Positions 10,266-19,706 of a DNA stretch of 64,000 nt are shown piece after piece (position 1 is the first letter of the stretch; each line of letters begins with the position of its first letter). The stretch is from Alphaproteobacteria bacterium (lineage in GTDB: Bacteria; Pseudomonadota; Alphaproteobacteria; GCA-2731375). Both the position numbers and the translations under genes were made by a program. Under the pieces are notes generated by a model that was not told where the DNA came from, did no database searches, and saw only the letters and a list, made by a program, of their open reading frames with translations. Location of the stretch: NCBI GenBank assembly GCA_021776235.1, contig JAJFGG010000051.1, positions 25,618 through 89,617 on the forward strand. The letters are read 5' to 3'.

Positions 10266-10589
10266 ATGTGTGCTTTGTGCGGCGTCCTCGGCGGGCGGGG
10301 CCACTGGACCGAAAGCGCGGCGTCGCCCGAGGCCTTCGCCTCCCGTGCCGAGGCGCACACCCGGGCGCGGGAGCGGCAGACCCGCACCCGGCTGGTGAAC
10401 AGGGTGTTGGGCCATTACGGCCTGCGTCTGGGCGATTGGTCGGGCGGCGGCCATGTGCTGCGCGGCCCCACCGGGCGCACAGCCCTGGTCAATAACCTGT
10501 CCGAGATGTGGGCCGCGGCGGACGATTTGAGCCGCCGGGCCTGCGATCCTCTTGACGAGGATTTGCTGCGCCATCTGAAGGGGGCCTAA
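10266..10589 (+). CDS. small hypothetical protein with N-terminal CxxC (MCALCGVLGG..HW)
   Basis: 107-aa ORF, 3 nt upstream of the CobW-like gene. Protein-like composition. No family recognised. Confidence 0.45.
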   Translation: MCALCGVLGGRGHWTESAASPEAFASRAEAHTRARERQTRTRLVNRVLGHYGLRLGDWSGGGHVLRGPTGRTALVNNLSEMWAAADDLSRRACDPLDEDLLRHLKGA

Positions 10590-10592
10590 GGA

Positions 10593-11642
10593 TTGGGCGA
10601 ATTTTCCGAACAGACGCCGATCAACATCATTACCGGCTTTCTGGGCAGCGGCAAGACGACCCTGTTGAAGGGTCTTTTGGCGGCGCCGGATTTGTCGGAC
10701 ACGGCTGTCCTGATCAACGAGTTCGGGGCCGTTGGTCTGGATCACGAACTGGTGCAGAACGTCACCGAAACTACCTTGTTGCTGGACAACGGCTGTCTGT
10801 GTTGCGCCATTCGCGGCGATCTGCAAGGCGCCCTGCGCGATTTACTCTCGCAACGGCAGGCGGGCCTGGTGCCCTATTTTCGCCGTGTGGTGATCGAGAC
10901 CTCGGGTTTGGCCGACCCCGCGCCCATCGCATACACGTTGCTGGCGGAGCCGGTGCTGCAGCACCATTTTCGCCTGGGCGGCATCATCACCACCGTGGAT
11001 GCGGTCAACGGTGGGGAACAGCTGCAACGCTTCCCCGAATCCGTAAAACAGGCGGCCGTGGCGGACCGCCTGATCATGACCAAGACCGATCTGGCCGGGC
11101 CCGAACAGATCGCGGCCCTGTACGCCAATTTGCGCCGCCTGAACAAATCCGCCCCGATCGTGGAGGTGGCTGACGGCGATATTCAGCCCGCCACGCTTTT
11201 GACCGATGACATGTATGACGCGGCGGGCCGGGATCGGGAGATCAGCCAATGGCTGGCGCCGTCATCCGGGCCGGATATGGCTCAGGATGCACTGATCCAC
11301 GAGCATGCCGACCACATTCACTCCTTTGCCCTGACCTACGACAGCCCCCTGGACTGGACCGCATTCGGCATCTGGATGACCATGCTATTGCACCACCACG
11401 GCGATAACGTGTTGCGTATCAAGGGATTACTGAACGTGGCCGGGGTGCCGACGCCGGTTCTGATCAACGGCGTGCAGCATATTGTCCATCCCCCCGCCCA
11501 CCTGCCGGCCTGGCCCAGCGCCTCGCGCCAGTCACGCATCATCTTCATTGTCAGGGATATGGAGCAAGGCAAAATAGAGGCCTCGCTAGCCGCCTTCAAC
11601 AAACTCGCCAACCCGGACGCGGTGGCAGGCCGCGCGGCTTAG
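10593..11642 (+). CDS. CobW/G3E-family GTPase (putative metallochaperone)
   Basis: P-loop GFLGSGKTTLL, metal-binding CLCCAIRGDL, ETSGLADP and MTKTDL. Apparent TTG start. Confidence 0.85.
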   Translation: MGEFSEQTPINIITGFLGSGKTTLLKGLLAAPDLSDTAVLINEFGAVGLDHELVQNVTETTLLLDNGCLCCAIRGDLQGALRDLLSQRQAGLVPYFRRVVIETSGLADPAPIAYTLLAEPVLQHHFRLGGIITTVDAVNGGEQLQRFPESVKQAAVADRLIMTKTDLAGPEQIAALYANLRRLNKSAPIVEVADGDIQPATLLTDDMYDAAGRDREISQWLAPSSGPDMAQDALIHEHADHIHSFALTYDSPLDWTAFGIWMTMLLHHHGDNVLRIKGLLNVAGVPTPVLINGVQHIVHPPAHLPAWPSASRQSRIIFIVRDMEQGKIEASLAAFNKLANPDAVAGRAA

Positions 11643-11654
11643 AGCTTGTCGGGG

Positions 11655-12182
11655 CTAGTCGCCGAGCGCCGAGCTTGAACGCCGTGGGCGGCCGCGTCCG
11701 GTGCTCCAGCCATCCCGGAAGGCGCGCACCAGATGGTGCAGCAGATAGAACAATATGGCGAGAATGACCATCAGGACGATGGCCAGCAGGTGCCCGCCGA
11801 ATTCTGAACCGATAATAGTGCCACGATTGACCAGATGCTCGCCCAACATGGCCACGGCCTGCAGGGTGCCGCCGGCGCAAAAGATCACCGCGATCAAAAT
11901 CGCCACCTGCAAGCTGTCAAAGACCAGCACTTCAACATTCAAGGCGCCACTATCACGGCCAAACTGGCTGCGAAAACTCTGCCAATGGGCGATCACATAG
12001 CCGACGGTGCCAACCAAGGAGGCGAACCAGAAGACCACGTTGGAGAAATGCACCTGGGGAATGTGGGCCACCAGATAGCTTTCGAACGGCTTATAAAAAT
12101 ACAGGAAAATCAGCAGAATGATGATGGCGATCAAGCTGATCCAGAACTTCGCCTGCCGCCCGGTTGTTGTCTGTTCCGCCAT
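11655..12182 (-). CDS. small multi-pass membrane protein, paralog of 34803-35276
   Basis: About 4 predicted TM segments. Shares LIFLYFY(K/Q)PFE, AGG(T/A)LQAV and the basic tail with the second copy. The ORF extends to 12212. Confidence 0.6.
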   Translation of the reverse strand: MAEQTTTGRQAKFWISLIAIIILLIFLYFYKPFESYLVAHIPQVHFSNVVFWFASLVGTVGYVIAHWQSFRSQFGRDSGALNVEVLVFDSLQVAILIAVIFCAGGTLQAVAMLGEHLVNRGTIIGSEFGGHLLAIVLMVILAILFYLLHHLVRAFRDGWSTGRGRPRRSSSALGD

Positions 12183-12446
12183 TTTACCCCAACTAAGCCG
12201 CGCTACGATCACATACGCTTCACGCCTGGATCGTCTATTTCGATCAATTCAATGGAGCGGATGGTACCTGAAACATGCTATTTGTCAAAAATAACCAAAA
12301 GCGCCGCCGCGAATGGCCGGAACGAGTTGACCGGCAGCGAACGCCCGGTAACATGCAGGTTTGGTTTGCGGTCGATTTGGGCCGACTTGGGGGCAGTAAT
12401 TCCCAAGCGGATTGTATAGAATGGGCGGGCACTATGGGGAGGCGGA

Positions 12447-14504
12447 ATGAGTAGTCGGCTGGGCGTGGATGTCGGTGGCACTTTCACCGATTTGTTGCTG
12501 TTCAACGAGCAGAACAGCGAACTGCGCCTGTTGAAGACGCCTTCAACCCCGCAGGACCAATCCATTGGTATCTTGAAGGGCATCTCGCAATTGATTGCCG
12601 AGGCCGGCATCGCTCCGTCCGAGATCAATGGCCTGTTGCACGGCACCACCGTCTCCACAAACATCGTGCTGGAGGAAAAGGGCGCCAAGGTCGGCCTGCT
12701 GGTGACCAAGGATTTTGAACAGGTCCTGCATCTGGCCCGGTCCCAGACGCCGGGTCCCCTGGCCGGTTGGATGATCATGGAAAAGCCCGATCCCCTGGCG
12801 GATCTGGAGCTGACCCGGGGCATCCCCGAACGCATGAGCGCGCGCGGCGAGGTTTTGCGGCCGTTTGACGAGGCGGCGGCGCGGAAAGCGGTGCGGGAAT
12901 TGCTTGATGCGGGGGTCGAATCGATCACCGTGTCGTTGCTGCATTCCTATGCCAATCCGTCCCATGAGCAGCGCCTTCGCGGCATTATCGAAGAAACCGG
13001 CACCGACATCCCGATTTCGCTATCTTCGGAAATTTTGCCGGAATTCCGTGAATACGAACGCACCCTGGTAACGGTGATGAATGCCTATGTAGGGCCGTCC
13101 ATGCGGCGCTATCTGGCCAATTTCGAAGACAAGCTGAAGAGCATCCAGTTTTCCCCGCACGTCAATATTGTCCGCTCGGACGGCGGCCTGATGTCCGTGC
13201 AACGGGCCTCGGAATCGCCGGTCCATACCATGTTGTCGGGGCCGGCGGGTGGTGTCTCGGGCGCGGCCTTTCTGGCCTCGTTGGCGGGATATGACAACGC
13301 CCTGGGTTTCGATATGGGCGGCACTTCAACGGATGTTTCCCTGATCCAGAACGGCCAGCCGCTGATCTCGCGGCAGACATCCCTGGGCGATTACCCCATC
13401 AAGGTGCCTTCGGTGGAGGTCCATTCGGTGGGCGCGGGGGGCGGCTCCATCGCCCACGTGCCCATGACCGGCGCCCTGCGGGTCGGTCCGGAAAGCGCCG
13501 GTGCGGCGCCGGGACCGGCCTGTTATGGCCAGGGCGGCGAACAACCGACCGTGACGGATGCCAATCTGCTGCTGGGGCGGCTGCCGCCGCGGCTGCTGGA
13601 CGGCCGGATGGACCTGGATGTCAAGGCGGCCGAGGACGCCGTGGGCAAGATAGCCCGCGCCATCGGCCTTGATCTGCACCAGGCGGCCCAGGGCATTCTG
13701 GATATCGTCAACGAAAACATGTTTGGCGCCCTGCGCCTGGTTTCCGTGCAAAAAGGGCTGGATCCCCGCGATTTCGCCCTGGTGGCATTTGGCGGCGCCG
13801 GTCCCCTGCACGGCAACGCCATGGCCATGTTGGGCCAATGTTATCCGGTCATCGTGCCACCGACGCCGGGCGTGTTATCCGCCCTTGGTTTCCTCTATTC
13901 CGACGTCAAGAATGAATTCGCGCAAACCTACGTGCGCAATATTGCTGACGTGGACGGGAGCCAGTTGGGCCAGATTTACGACCGTCTGGGCCGCGAGGCG
14001 CGCGGCTGGCTACGTGAAGAGGGCATCGAGGAACAGCGCCAGGAATTGAGCTTTCAGGCCGATGTGCGGTACTTCCGCCAAGGCTATGAGTTCGCGCTGC
14101 AAGTGACCCCGGATGGCCTGAGCAACGGCGGTCTGGCGGATCTGGAAGCCCGCTTTGGCGCCGCGCACGAGCGGCTTTACGGTTTTCGATTGGAACAACC
14201 GGTGGAACTGGTCAATCTGCGCGCGGTCGGCGCCGGCCAGGTGGAAAAAGTGCAATTGCCCAGTTTCGAGATGGAGGCCCCGGATGCCTCGGCCGCAGTG
14301 GTCGAACAACACCGGGTCTACTTCGATGGACGTTTTTTGAACGCCAACATATATGATCGCAAATTGTTGCGGGCCGGCCATCGCCTGACCGGGCCGGCGG
14401 TCATAACCCAGGCGGATTCGACCACGGTCATTCATCCTGGCCACGTGGGCGCCGTCGACCGGTACCTGAATATTCTGATTTCCCCCGAAGGTGGGCAAGC
14501 ATAG
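12447..14504 (+). CDS. hyuA: hydantoinase/oxoprolinase family protein, A subunit (HyuA-like)
   Basis: 685 aa. N-terminus LGVDVGGTFTDLLL, FDMGGTSTDVSL and SVGAGGGSIA motifs. GGAGG SD. Confidence 0.9.
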   Translation: MSSRLGVDVGGTFTDLLLFNEQNSELRLLKTPSTPQDQSIGILKGISQLIAEAGIAPSEINGLLHGTTVSTNIVLEEKGAKVGLLVTKDFEQVLHLARSQTPGPLAGWMIMEKPDPLADLELTRGIPERMSARGEVLRPFDEAAARKAVRELLDAGVESITVSLLHSYANPSHEQRLRGIIEETGTDIPISLSSEILPEFREYERTLVTVMNAYVGPSMRRYLANFEDKLKSIQFSPHVNIVRSDGGLMSVQRASESPVHTMLSGPAGGVSGAAFLASLAGYDNALGFDMGGTSTDVSLIQNGQPLISRQTSLGDYPIKVPSVEVHSVGAGGGSIAHVPMTGALRVGPESAGAAPGPACYGQGGEQPTVTDANLLLGRLPPRLLDGRMDLDVKAAEDAVGKIARAIGLDLHQAAQGILDIVNENMFGALRLVSVQKGLDPRDFALVAFGGAGPLHGNAMAMLGQCYPVIVPPTPGVLSALGFLYSDVKNEFAQTYVRNIADVDGSQLGQIYDRLGREARGWLREEGIEEQRQELSFQADVRYFRQGYEFALQVTPDGLSNGGLADLEARFGAAHERLYGFRLEQPVELVNLRAVGAGQVEKVQLPSFEMEAPDASAAVVEQHRVYFDGRFLNANIYDRKLLRAGHRLTGPAVITQADSTTVIHPGHVGAVDRYLNILISPEGGQA

Positions 14505-14518
14505 GGGATGGAAAGAGC

Positions 14519-16807
14519 ATGAACGATTTGAACCCGGAACGCGGCAGGATTTCGCTGGATGACCTGCTGAAGGCGAACAAGGAGCAGTTCGACAAGGTCT
14601 TCGCCAGCCAAATGGATCAGAGCGGCCTGCTTGCCGTCGATCATCGTCCGCCGACCGGCGCCGACCTGAAATCCGCCGGCCTGGCGTCCAGTCCGGCCAA
14701 TACCGAAAACCCAGTCGATGTTGCGGCCCGGTTGAATGCCCGTTACGGCAGCGCCTGGTCATCGGAAATCCTGGAGCACAGCAGCGAACGGGGCAGTGTC
14801 ACCGTACTGTGCAAGCTGGTGGTCGATGGGGTTTCGAAAATGCAGTTCGGCAGCGCCCGGGCGAACGGCGACCCGGGCAAGGCCCTGCAGCGGGCATCGG
14901 ACAACGCCCTGGCAAAATGCGCCGCCATGCTGGCGGACGAGGCGCCCGACGCCGGCAGCGTCCCGGAACCCGGCGCAGAACAGCGGCGGCGGCGCCCCGC
15001 CCTGGCCGAGGCCGGCGACCCGCGGCAGGCGGCCGCGGGCGGCAAACTGGATATCGTTACCCTTGATCTGATCGAAAACGCACTGCGCAACGCGCGCCAC
15101 GAAATGGATGCGGTTCTGTTCCGTTCTGCGATGTCGCCGGTCATCCGTGAACAGCACGACGAATACCCGATGATTACCGACCCCAAGGGACGGATGATTG
15201 TCGGCCAATTCGGCTCCTACGTGCCGGAGATGCTGAAGACGCAGAATTTCGATCTGGAACCGGGCGATGTCATTCTGCAAAGCGATCCGTTCAAATGCGG
15301 CGGCGCCGTCAGCCATATCAACGACTGGTTGATCCTGGTTCCGGTGTTCTTTCAAGGGGCGCTGGTGGGCTTTACCTCCATGTTCGGCCATATGATGGAC
15401 GTGGGCGGCCCGGTGCCCGGCTCCATGCCCACCGCGGCGACCTCGATTTTTGGCGAAGGCCTGCGCATCCCGCCGATCAAGCTGTACGAAGCCGGCGCGC
15501 TGAACCAGGCCGCGCTTGACCTGATCATGAACAACACCCGCACGCCGGAAATGAACTATTCCGACCTGATGGCGATCCTGGCCGGTTGCCGGGCGGGTGA
15601 AAAGCGGGTGATCGAACTGTGCGAGCGATTTGGCCCAGAAGTCTATGCCCAGGCCTGCGACGCCTTGCTGGAACGCACCGAACGGGCCATGCGGAAACTG
15701 ATCGTGCAGAACCTGCCGACCGAGCCGCAATCGTTCGAGGATTATGTCGACGACGATGGTTGCGGCAATGGCCCCTTCAAGATGAAACTGACGGTCTGGC
15801 GCGAAGGGGAACATGCCTATTTTGATTGGACCGGCACCGCGCCCCAGGCGCCGGGACCAATCAATTTCTATCTACATGACGGCATGTTCAAGATGTTCAT
15901 CGGGGTCTACATGATCATGGTGTTCGATCCGCAGATCCTGTTCAACGACGGCTTTTATGATCTGATCCATGTCACCTTGCCCAAGGGTTCCCTGGTGCAT
16001 CCTGATTTTCCCGCCGCCCTGGGCTGCCGCACCCACGCTTTGTCCCGACAGTTTGACGTGCTGGGCGGCGCACTGAGCCACAATGCACCGGATATGGCGA
16101 CCGCCGCCGGCTATGGCTCCAGTCCGCATTTTCTGTATTCGGGGACGGACAAGGATGGGCGAAACTTTCAACTGATGGAGATTCTGTACGGCGGTATTCC
16201 CGGGCGGCCCATCGGCGACGGCATGGACGGGCATTCCTGGTGGCCGCTGTTCGAGAACATCCCCACAGAATATCTGGAAACCTATTATCCCATGGTGATT
16301 GAAGCCTATGGCTCGATCAAGGATACCGGCGGGGCCGGCCTGCACCGTGGCGGCAATGGCATCGAAAAAATCTATCACCTGCTGGCCGAAGGCGATGTCT
16401 CCATCCACGACGACCGTCATTTAAGCCAGCCCTGGGGTATTCTGGGGGGTAAACCCGGCGCGGTTTCAGAAAAATGGCTGATCCGGAAAGACGGCGACAA
16501 ATCGCCGTTGCCTTCGAAAATCGATAATGTCCGGGTTCGGCCCGGCGACCGCATCGTCTTTTGCACCGCCGGGGGCGGTGGCTGGGGCGATCCGTTGGAG
16601 CGGGACCCGACATGGGTGCGCAACGACGTGGCGCGCCGGCTGCTTAGCGGGGAAAAGGCCCGCGGCGAATACGGCGTTGTCCTGGATGGGGCTGGTCTGA
16701 CCGTTGACCGGCGAGCCTCTCAGGATTTGCGCGAAAGTATGCGACGAAACCGAAAGTCATTGCCATTGTTTGATTTTGGCGAACGGCGAAGCAACAGATT
16801 GAACTAG
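14519..16807 (+). CDS. hyuB: hydantoinase B/oxoprolinase family protein (HyuB-like) with an N-terminal extension of about 175 aa
   Basis: From aa ~177 (LDIVTLDLIENALRNARHEMDAVLFRSAMSPVIREQHD) to the end it reads as a typical HyuB. The preceding 14519-15046 is continuous ORF of unknown family. Confidence 0.85.
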   Translation: MNDLNPERGRISLDDLLKANKEQFDKVFASQMDQSGLLAVDHRPPTGADLKSAGLASSPANTENPVDVAARLNARYGSAWSSEILEHSSERGSVTVLCKLVVDGVSKMQFGSARANGDPGKALQRASDNALAKCAAMLADEAPDAGSVPEPGAEQRRRRPALAEAGDPRQAAAGGKLDIVTLDLIENALRNARHEMDAVLFRSAMSPVIREQHDEYPMITDPKGRMIVGQFGSYVPEMLKTQNFDLEPGDVILQSDPFKCGGAVSHINDWLILVPVFFQGALVGFTSMFGHMMDVGGPVPGSMPTAATSIFGEGLRIPPIKLYEAGALNQAALDLIMNNTRTPEMNYSDLMAILAGCRAGEKRVIELCERFGPEVYAQACDALLERTERAMRKLIVQNLPTEPQSFEDYVDDDGCGNGPFKMKLTVWREGEHAYFDWTGTAPQAPGPINFYLHDGMFKMFIGVYMIMVFDPQILFNDGFYDLIHVTLPKGSLVHPDFPAALGCRTHALSRQFDVLGGALSHNAPDMATAAGYGSSPHFLYSGTDKDGRNFQLMEILYGGIPGRPIGDGMDGHSWWPLFENIPTEYLETYYPMVIEAYGSIKDTGGAGLHRGGNGIEKIYHLLAEGDVSIHDDRHLSQPWGILGGKPGAVSEKWLIRKDGDKSPLPSKIDNVRVRPGDRIVFCTAGGGGWGDPLERDPTWVRNDVARRLLSGEKARGEYGVVLDGAGLTVDRRASQDLRESMRRNRKSLPLFDFGERRSNRLN

Positions 16808-16866
16808 CCGAAAATGGCTATCCGATAAAATGAAGATACCAACACGGAAACAAGGGTACTTGCACG

Positions 16867-19683
16867 ATGTATGAAGTTGGAATTGCGTTGTTCATTACGG
16901 CCATCGTCGTCCTCGCGATCCTGTATATTATTTCCATCTGGATTTATAAGCGGGCACCGTCGAACATGTGCTTTATCCGCACGGGCTTTCGCGGCACGAA
17001 GGTCTGTCTGGGCCAGGGCGCCCTGGTATTGCCGGTATTTCATGAAGTGTCCTGGGTATCGCTTGAAACCCTGAAATTGATTATTTCCCGGTCGCGGGAT
17101 CAGGCAATCCTGACGTCCGACAATATTCGTATCGACGCAGTGGTCGAGCTGTACACCCACGTTGGCCATACGGAAGACGCGGTGCTGATCGCCTCACGAA
17201 GTTTGGGCGAGAAGACCTTCGATTCCGACAAGGTGCGCAACCTGTTGGAAGCCAAGGTGGTTGGCGCCCTGCGCAGCTATGCCGCGACCAAGACCCTGAA
17301 AGAGCTGCATCAGAACCGTGACGCCTTTGCCTCCGACATCCGCAACGGCGTCACCGAAAGCTTTACCTCCAACGGGCTGGTCCTGGAAGAAGTCTCCATC
17401 GTCACCTTGGAACAGGCCGGCAAGGAATTCTTCCGCACCGACAACGTGTTTGACTCCGAGGGCCTGAAGGTGATCACCGAGATCACGTCCGATGCCCGGC
17501 GCAAAGTGCACGACACGGAAAAACGCACCACGGTGTCGATCCGCCAAAAAGATCTGGATACCCAGTTGGAATTGTTGGAGATCGAACGGCACGAGGCCGT
17601 GGCCCGGGCCAATCAGGACAAGGAAATCGCCAACGAGCAGGCCAAGCAACTTGGCGAAAAACAGATCTATGTGCTGGATCAGCGCATGGGGGTTGAGCAA
17701 AAGGAAATCGACAACGAAAAAACCCTGGAAATCATCCGTACTGAACGGGATCTGGCCGTAACGGAAGAGGGCAAACGCCGGGAAATTGCTGAAATTCAAA
17801 AAGAACTGGCCTTGGAGAAAGAGCGCCGCGACCGGGAGATCGATTTAATTGCCAAGGCGCGGGAAGAAGAACTGGCCAACATCAGCCGCAACCTGACCCT
17901 GGAAAAAGCCGAACGGGACCGCCAGATCGAGCTGGTGGGTAAGGCCAAGGACGCCGAGCTGGCGGAAATTGAACGTGTCCTGGCGCGGGAACGGGCGGAA
18001 AAACAACGGGAAATCGAACTTTCCCAGAAGGAAAGAGAGCGGCAACAGTCGGAGATTGCCCGCATTACCGCCGTTATGGCAGACGAAGAGACGGCCCGTG
18101 ACGCCCGCCACAACGCGGCGGAAGAAGCCGCCCTGTCGGTACGAAAACGGGCCCTGGAAACCCGGCTGGAAATGTTGGAGCTGGACAAACAGGACAGCTT
18201 CGCCGCCGCCAAGCAGGAACAGGAAGTGGCCAATGAAAAGGCCCGTGTCCTGAGCGAGCAACAGCGTTTCATCCTGGATCGCCGCTGGGAGGTGGAGCAG
18301 GAAGAAATCGCCAAGGCCGAAGCACTGGAAAAAGCCCGCCTGCAAAAAGATACGGCCGTTATCGAAGAGAGCAAGTCGAAGCAAACAGCGGAGATCGAGC
18401 GTTCCTTGTCGCGTGAATCGGCGGAACGAGACCGCGAGATTGTCTTGATCGGCAAGGCCGAGGAGTTGGAACGGGCGGAGATCCGCCGCACCCTGGCCCG
18501 GGAACAGGAAGAACGGGACCGCGAAATAGCCTTGGTTGAGAAAGCCAAGGAGCTGGAACAGGTGGAGGTCCAGAAACATCTGGCGATCGAGTTGGAGCAA
18601 CGCCAGCGGGACATTGCCTTGATCGAGAAGGACAAGGAACGCGAAGCCGCCGACATCCGCCGCTTCCTGGCCCGCGAGACAGAGGAACGCAACCGCGAGA
18701 TCGCCCTGGTGGATAAGACCAAGGAATTGGAGGCCGCGGAAGTGCAGCGCCTGACCACTACGGCGGAAAAGGAAAGCGCCCAACACCGGGTTGAATCGGT
18801 CCGCCTGTTGGCGGATGCCGAGCGCGCCAAGGAGGTCGAACAGATCGATGCGGAAATGCTGGCGGAAATCCGGCGCATCGACGAGGAAAGCAAAGCGGCC
18901 ATTACCCGCATGCATATGATTACTCAATCCGAAGCGCGAAAACTGTCGGCGGAACAGGAATCGGATGCCACCATGATCCGCGCCCGTGCTTCGGCCGAGG
19001 CCCAGAAAATTTCGGCCGATGGCATAGAGCGCGAGGCCGGCGCCAAGGGCCGGGCGGAAATGGAGATCGAAGCCCTGCGCGTCAGCAATACTCAACGTAT
19101 GTTGGAGGCGGAGGCCAGCGGCATGGAAGCCAAGGCCGACGCCCTGAAAAAATACAACGACGCCGCTACTTTTCTTGAATTGGCAAAACTGTCAATCGAG
19201 GCCGACCGGGATATCCACATCGATCAGGCCCGCGCCATGGGCAATGCCCTCGAAGGGGCGCAGATCCGCATGTACGGCGGCGGCGACGGCACGGTGGACA
19301 CCATTCGCGGTCTGTTCACCCAGGGCTTTGGCGTGGGCGAGGTGCTGGAAGGATTTGCCCAATCCATGCCCGACGGCCTGCGGCAGAAATTCACCGCCAA
19401 CGGCCTGCGCGGCCTATTCGGACGCCCTTATGGCCAGGGCGGTCTGCGCGAGGCGGCGGAGCATCTGTCGGCCCTGGTCGATAGCACGTTGAACTCGAAG
19501 AAAGCCCGCGGCGCGAATTTCCCGGAGGCCCTTGAGAAACTTGTTGAAGCAGCCGGCGACGATCAAACCATGAGCCAGACCCTTGCCATGTTGAAGGAAT
19601 TGAACAGCCAGGGCAGGTTCGATGACGTACCCTTTGACAACGTCTGGAACATCATACAGGCGATGGCCAAGACGGCCGATTAG
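16867..19683 (+). CDS. flotillin/SPFH (band 7) family protein, unusually long (938 aa)
   Basis: N-terminal TM segment. SPFH-like region (aa ~30-200). Long E/R/K/A coiled coil. Flotillin-type C-terminus (...AKADALKKYNDAATFLELAKLSIEA...). Confidence 0.8.
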   Translation: MYEVGIALFITAIVVLAILYIISIWIYKRAPSNMCFIRTGFRGTKVCLGQGALVLPVFHEVSWVSLETLKLIISRSRDQAILTSDNIRIDAVVELYTHVGHTEDAVLIASRSLGEKTFDSDKVRNLLEAKVVGALRSYAATKTLKELHQNRDAFASDIRNGVTESFTSNGLVLEEVSIVTLEQAGKEFFRTDNVFDSEGLKVITEITSDARRKVHDTEKRTTVSIRQKDLDTQLELLEIERHEAVARANQDKEIANEQAKQLGEKQIYVLDQRMGVEQKEIDNEKTLEIIRTERDLAVTEEGKRREIAEIQKELALEKERRDREIDLIAKAREEELANISRNLTLEKAERDRQIELVGKAKDAELAEIERVLARERAEKQREIELSQKERERQQSEIARITAVMADEETARDARHNAAEEAALSVRKRALETRLEMLELDKQDSFAAAKQEQEVANEKARVLSEQQRFILDRRWEVEQEEIAKAEALEKARLQKDTAVIEESKSKQTAEIERSLSRESAERDREIVLIGKAEELERAEIRRTLAREQEERDREIALVEKAKELEQVEVQKHLAIELEQRQRDIALIEKDKEREAADIRRFLARETEERNREIALVDKTKELEAAEVQRLTTTAEKESAQHRVESVRLLADAERAKEVEQIDAEMLAEIRRIDEESKAAITRMHMITQSEARKLSAEQESDATMIRARASAEAQKISADGIEREAGAKGRAEMEIEALRVSNTQRMLEAEASGMEAKADALKKYNDAATFLELAKLSIEADRDIHIDQARAMGNALEGAQIRMYGGGDGTVDTIRGLFTQGFGVGEVLEGFAQSMPDGLRQKFTANGLRGLFGRPYGQGGLREAAEHLSALVDSTLNSKKARGANFPEALEKLVEAAGDDQTMSQTLAMLKELNSQGRFDDVPFDNVWNIIQAMAKTAD
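17791..18738 (+). repeat. in-frame 87-nt (29-aa) tandem repeats inside the flotillin gene, in two blocks
   Basis: Units resembling EI.R.LA.E.AERDREI.L..KA.E.E.A: three at ~17791-18051 and four at ~18391-18738. The blocks are separated by a duplicated spacer module. Confidence 0.6.
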
Positions 19684-19706
19684 TTCCAGGACGATCGGGC
19701 ACGATC

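Noticed and set aside
12213-12446. TGGTAC...ATGC resembling a sigma-54 -24/-12 element in the hyuA upstream region
   Set aside because: The GG-to-GC spacing is 12 nt rather than 10 nt, so it does not fit the consensus.
17796-19095. Two long minus-strand ORFs (371 and 416 aa)
   Set aside because: They are antisense to the flotillin coiled-coil repeats. Their Ser/Arg/Ala-rich or Leu/Phe/Gly-rich low-complexity text is a by-product of the GAR/CGN-rich repeat region.
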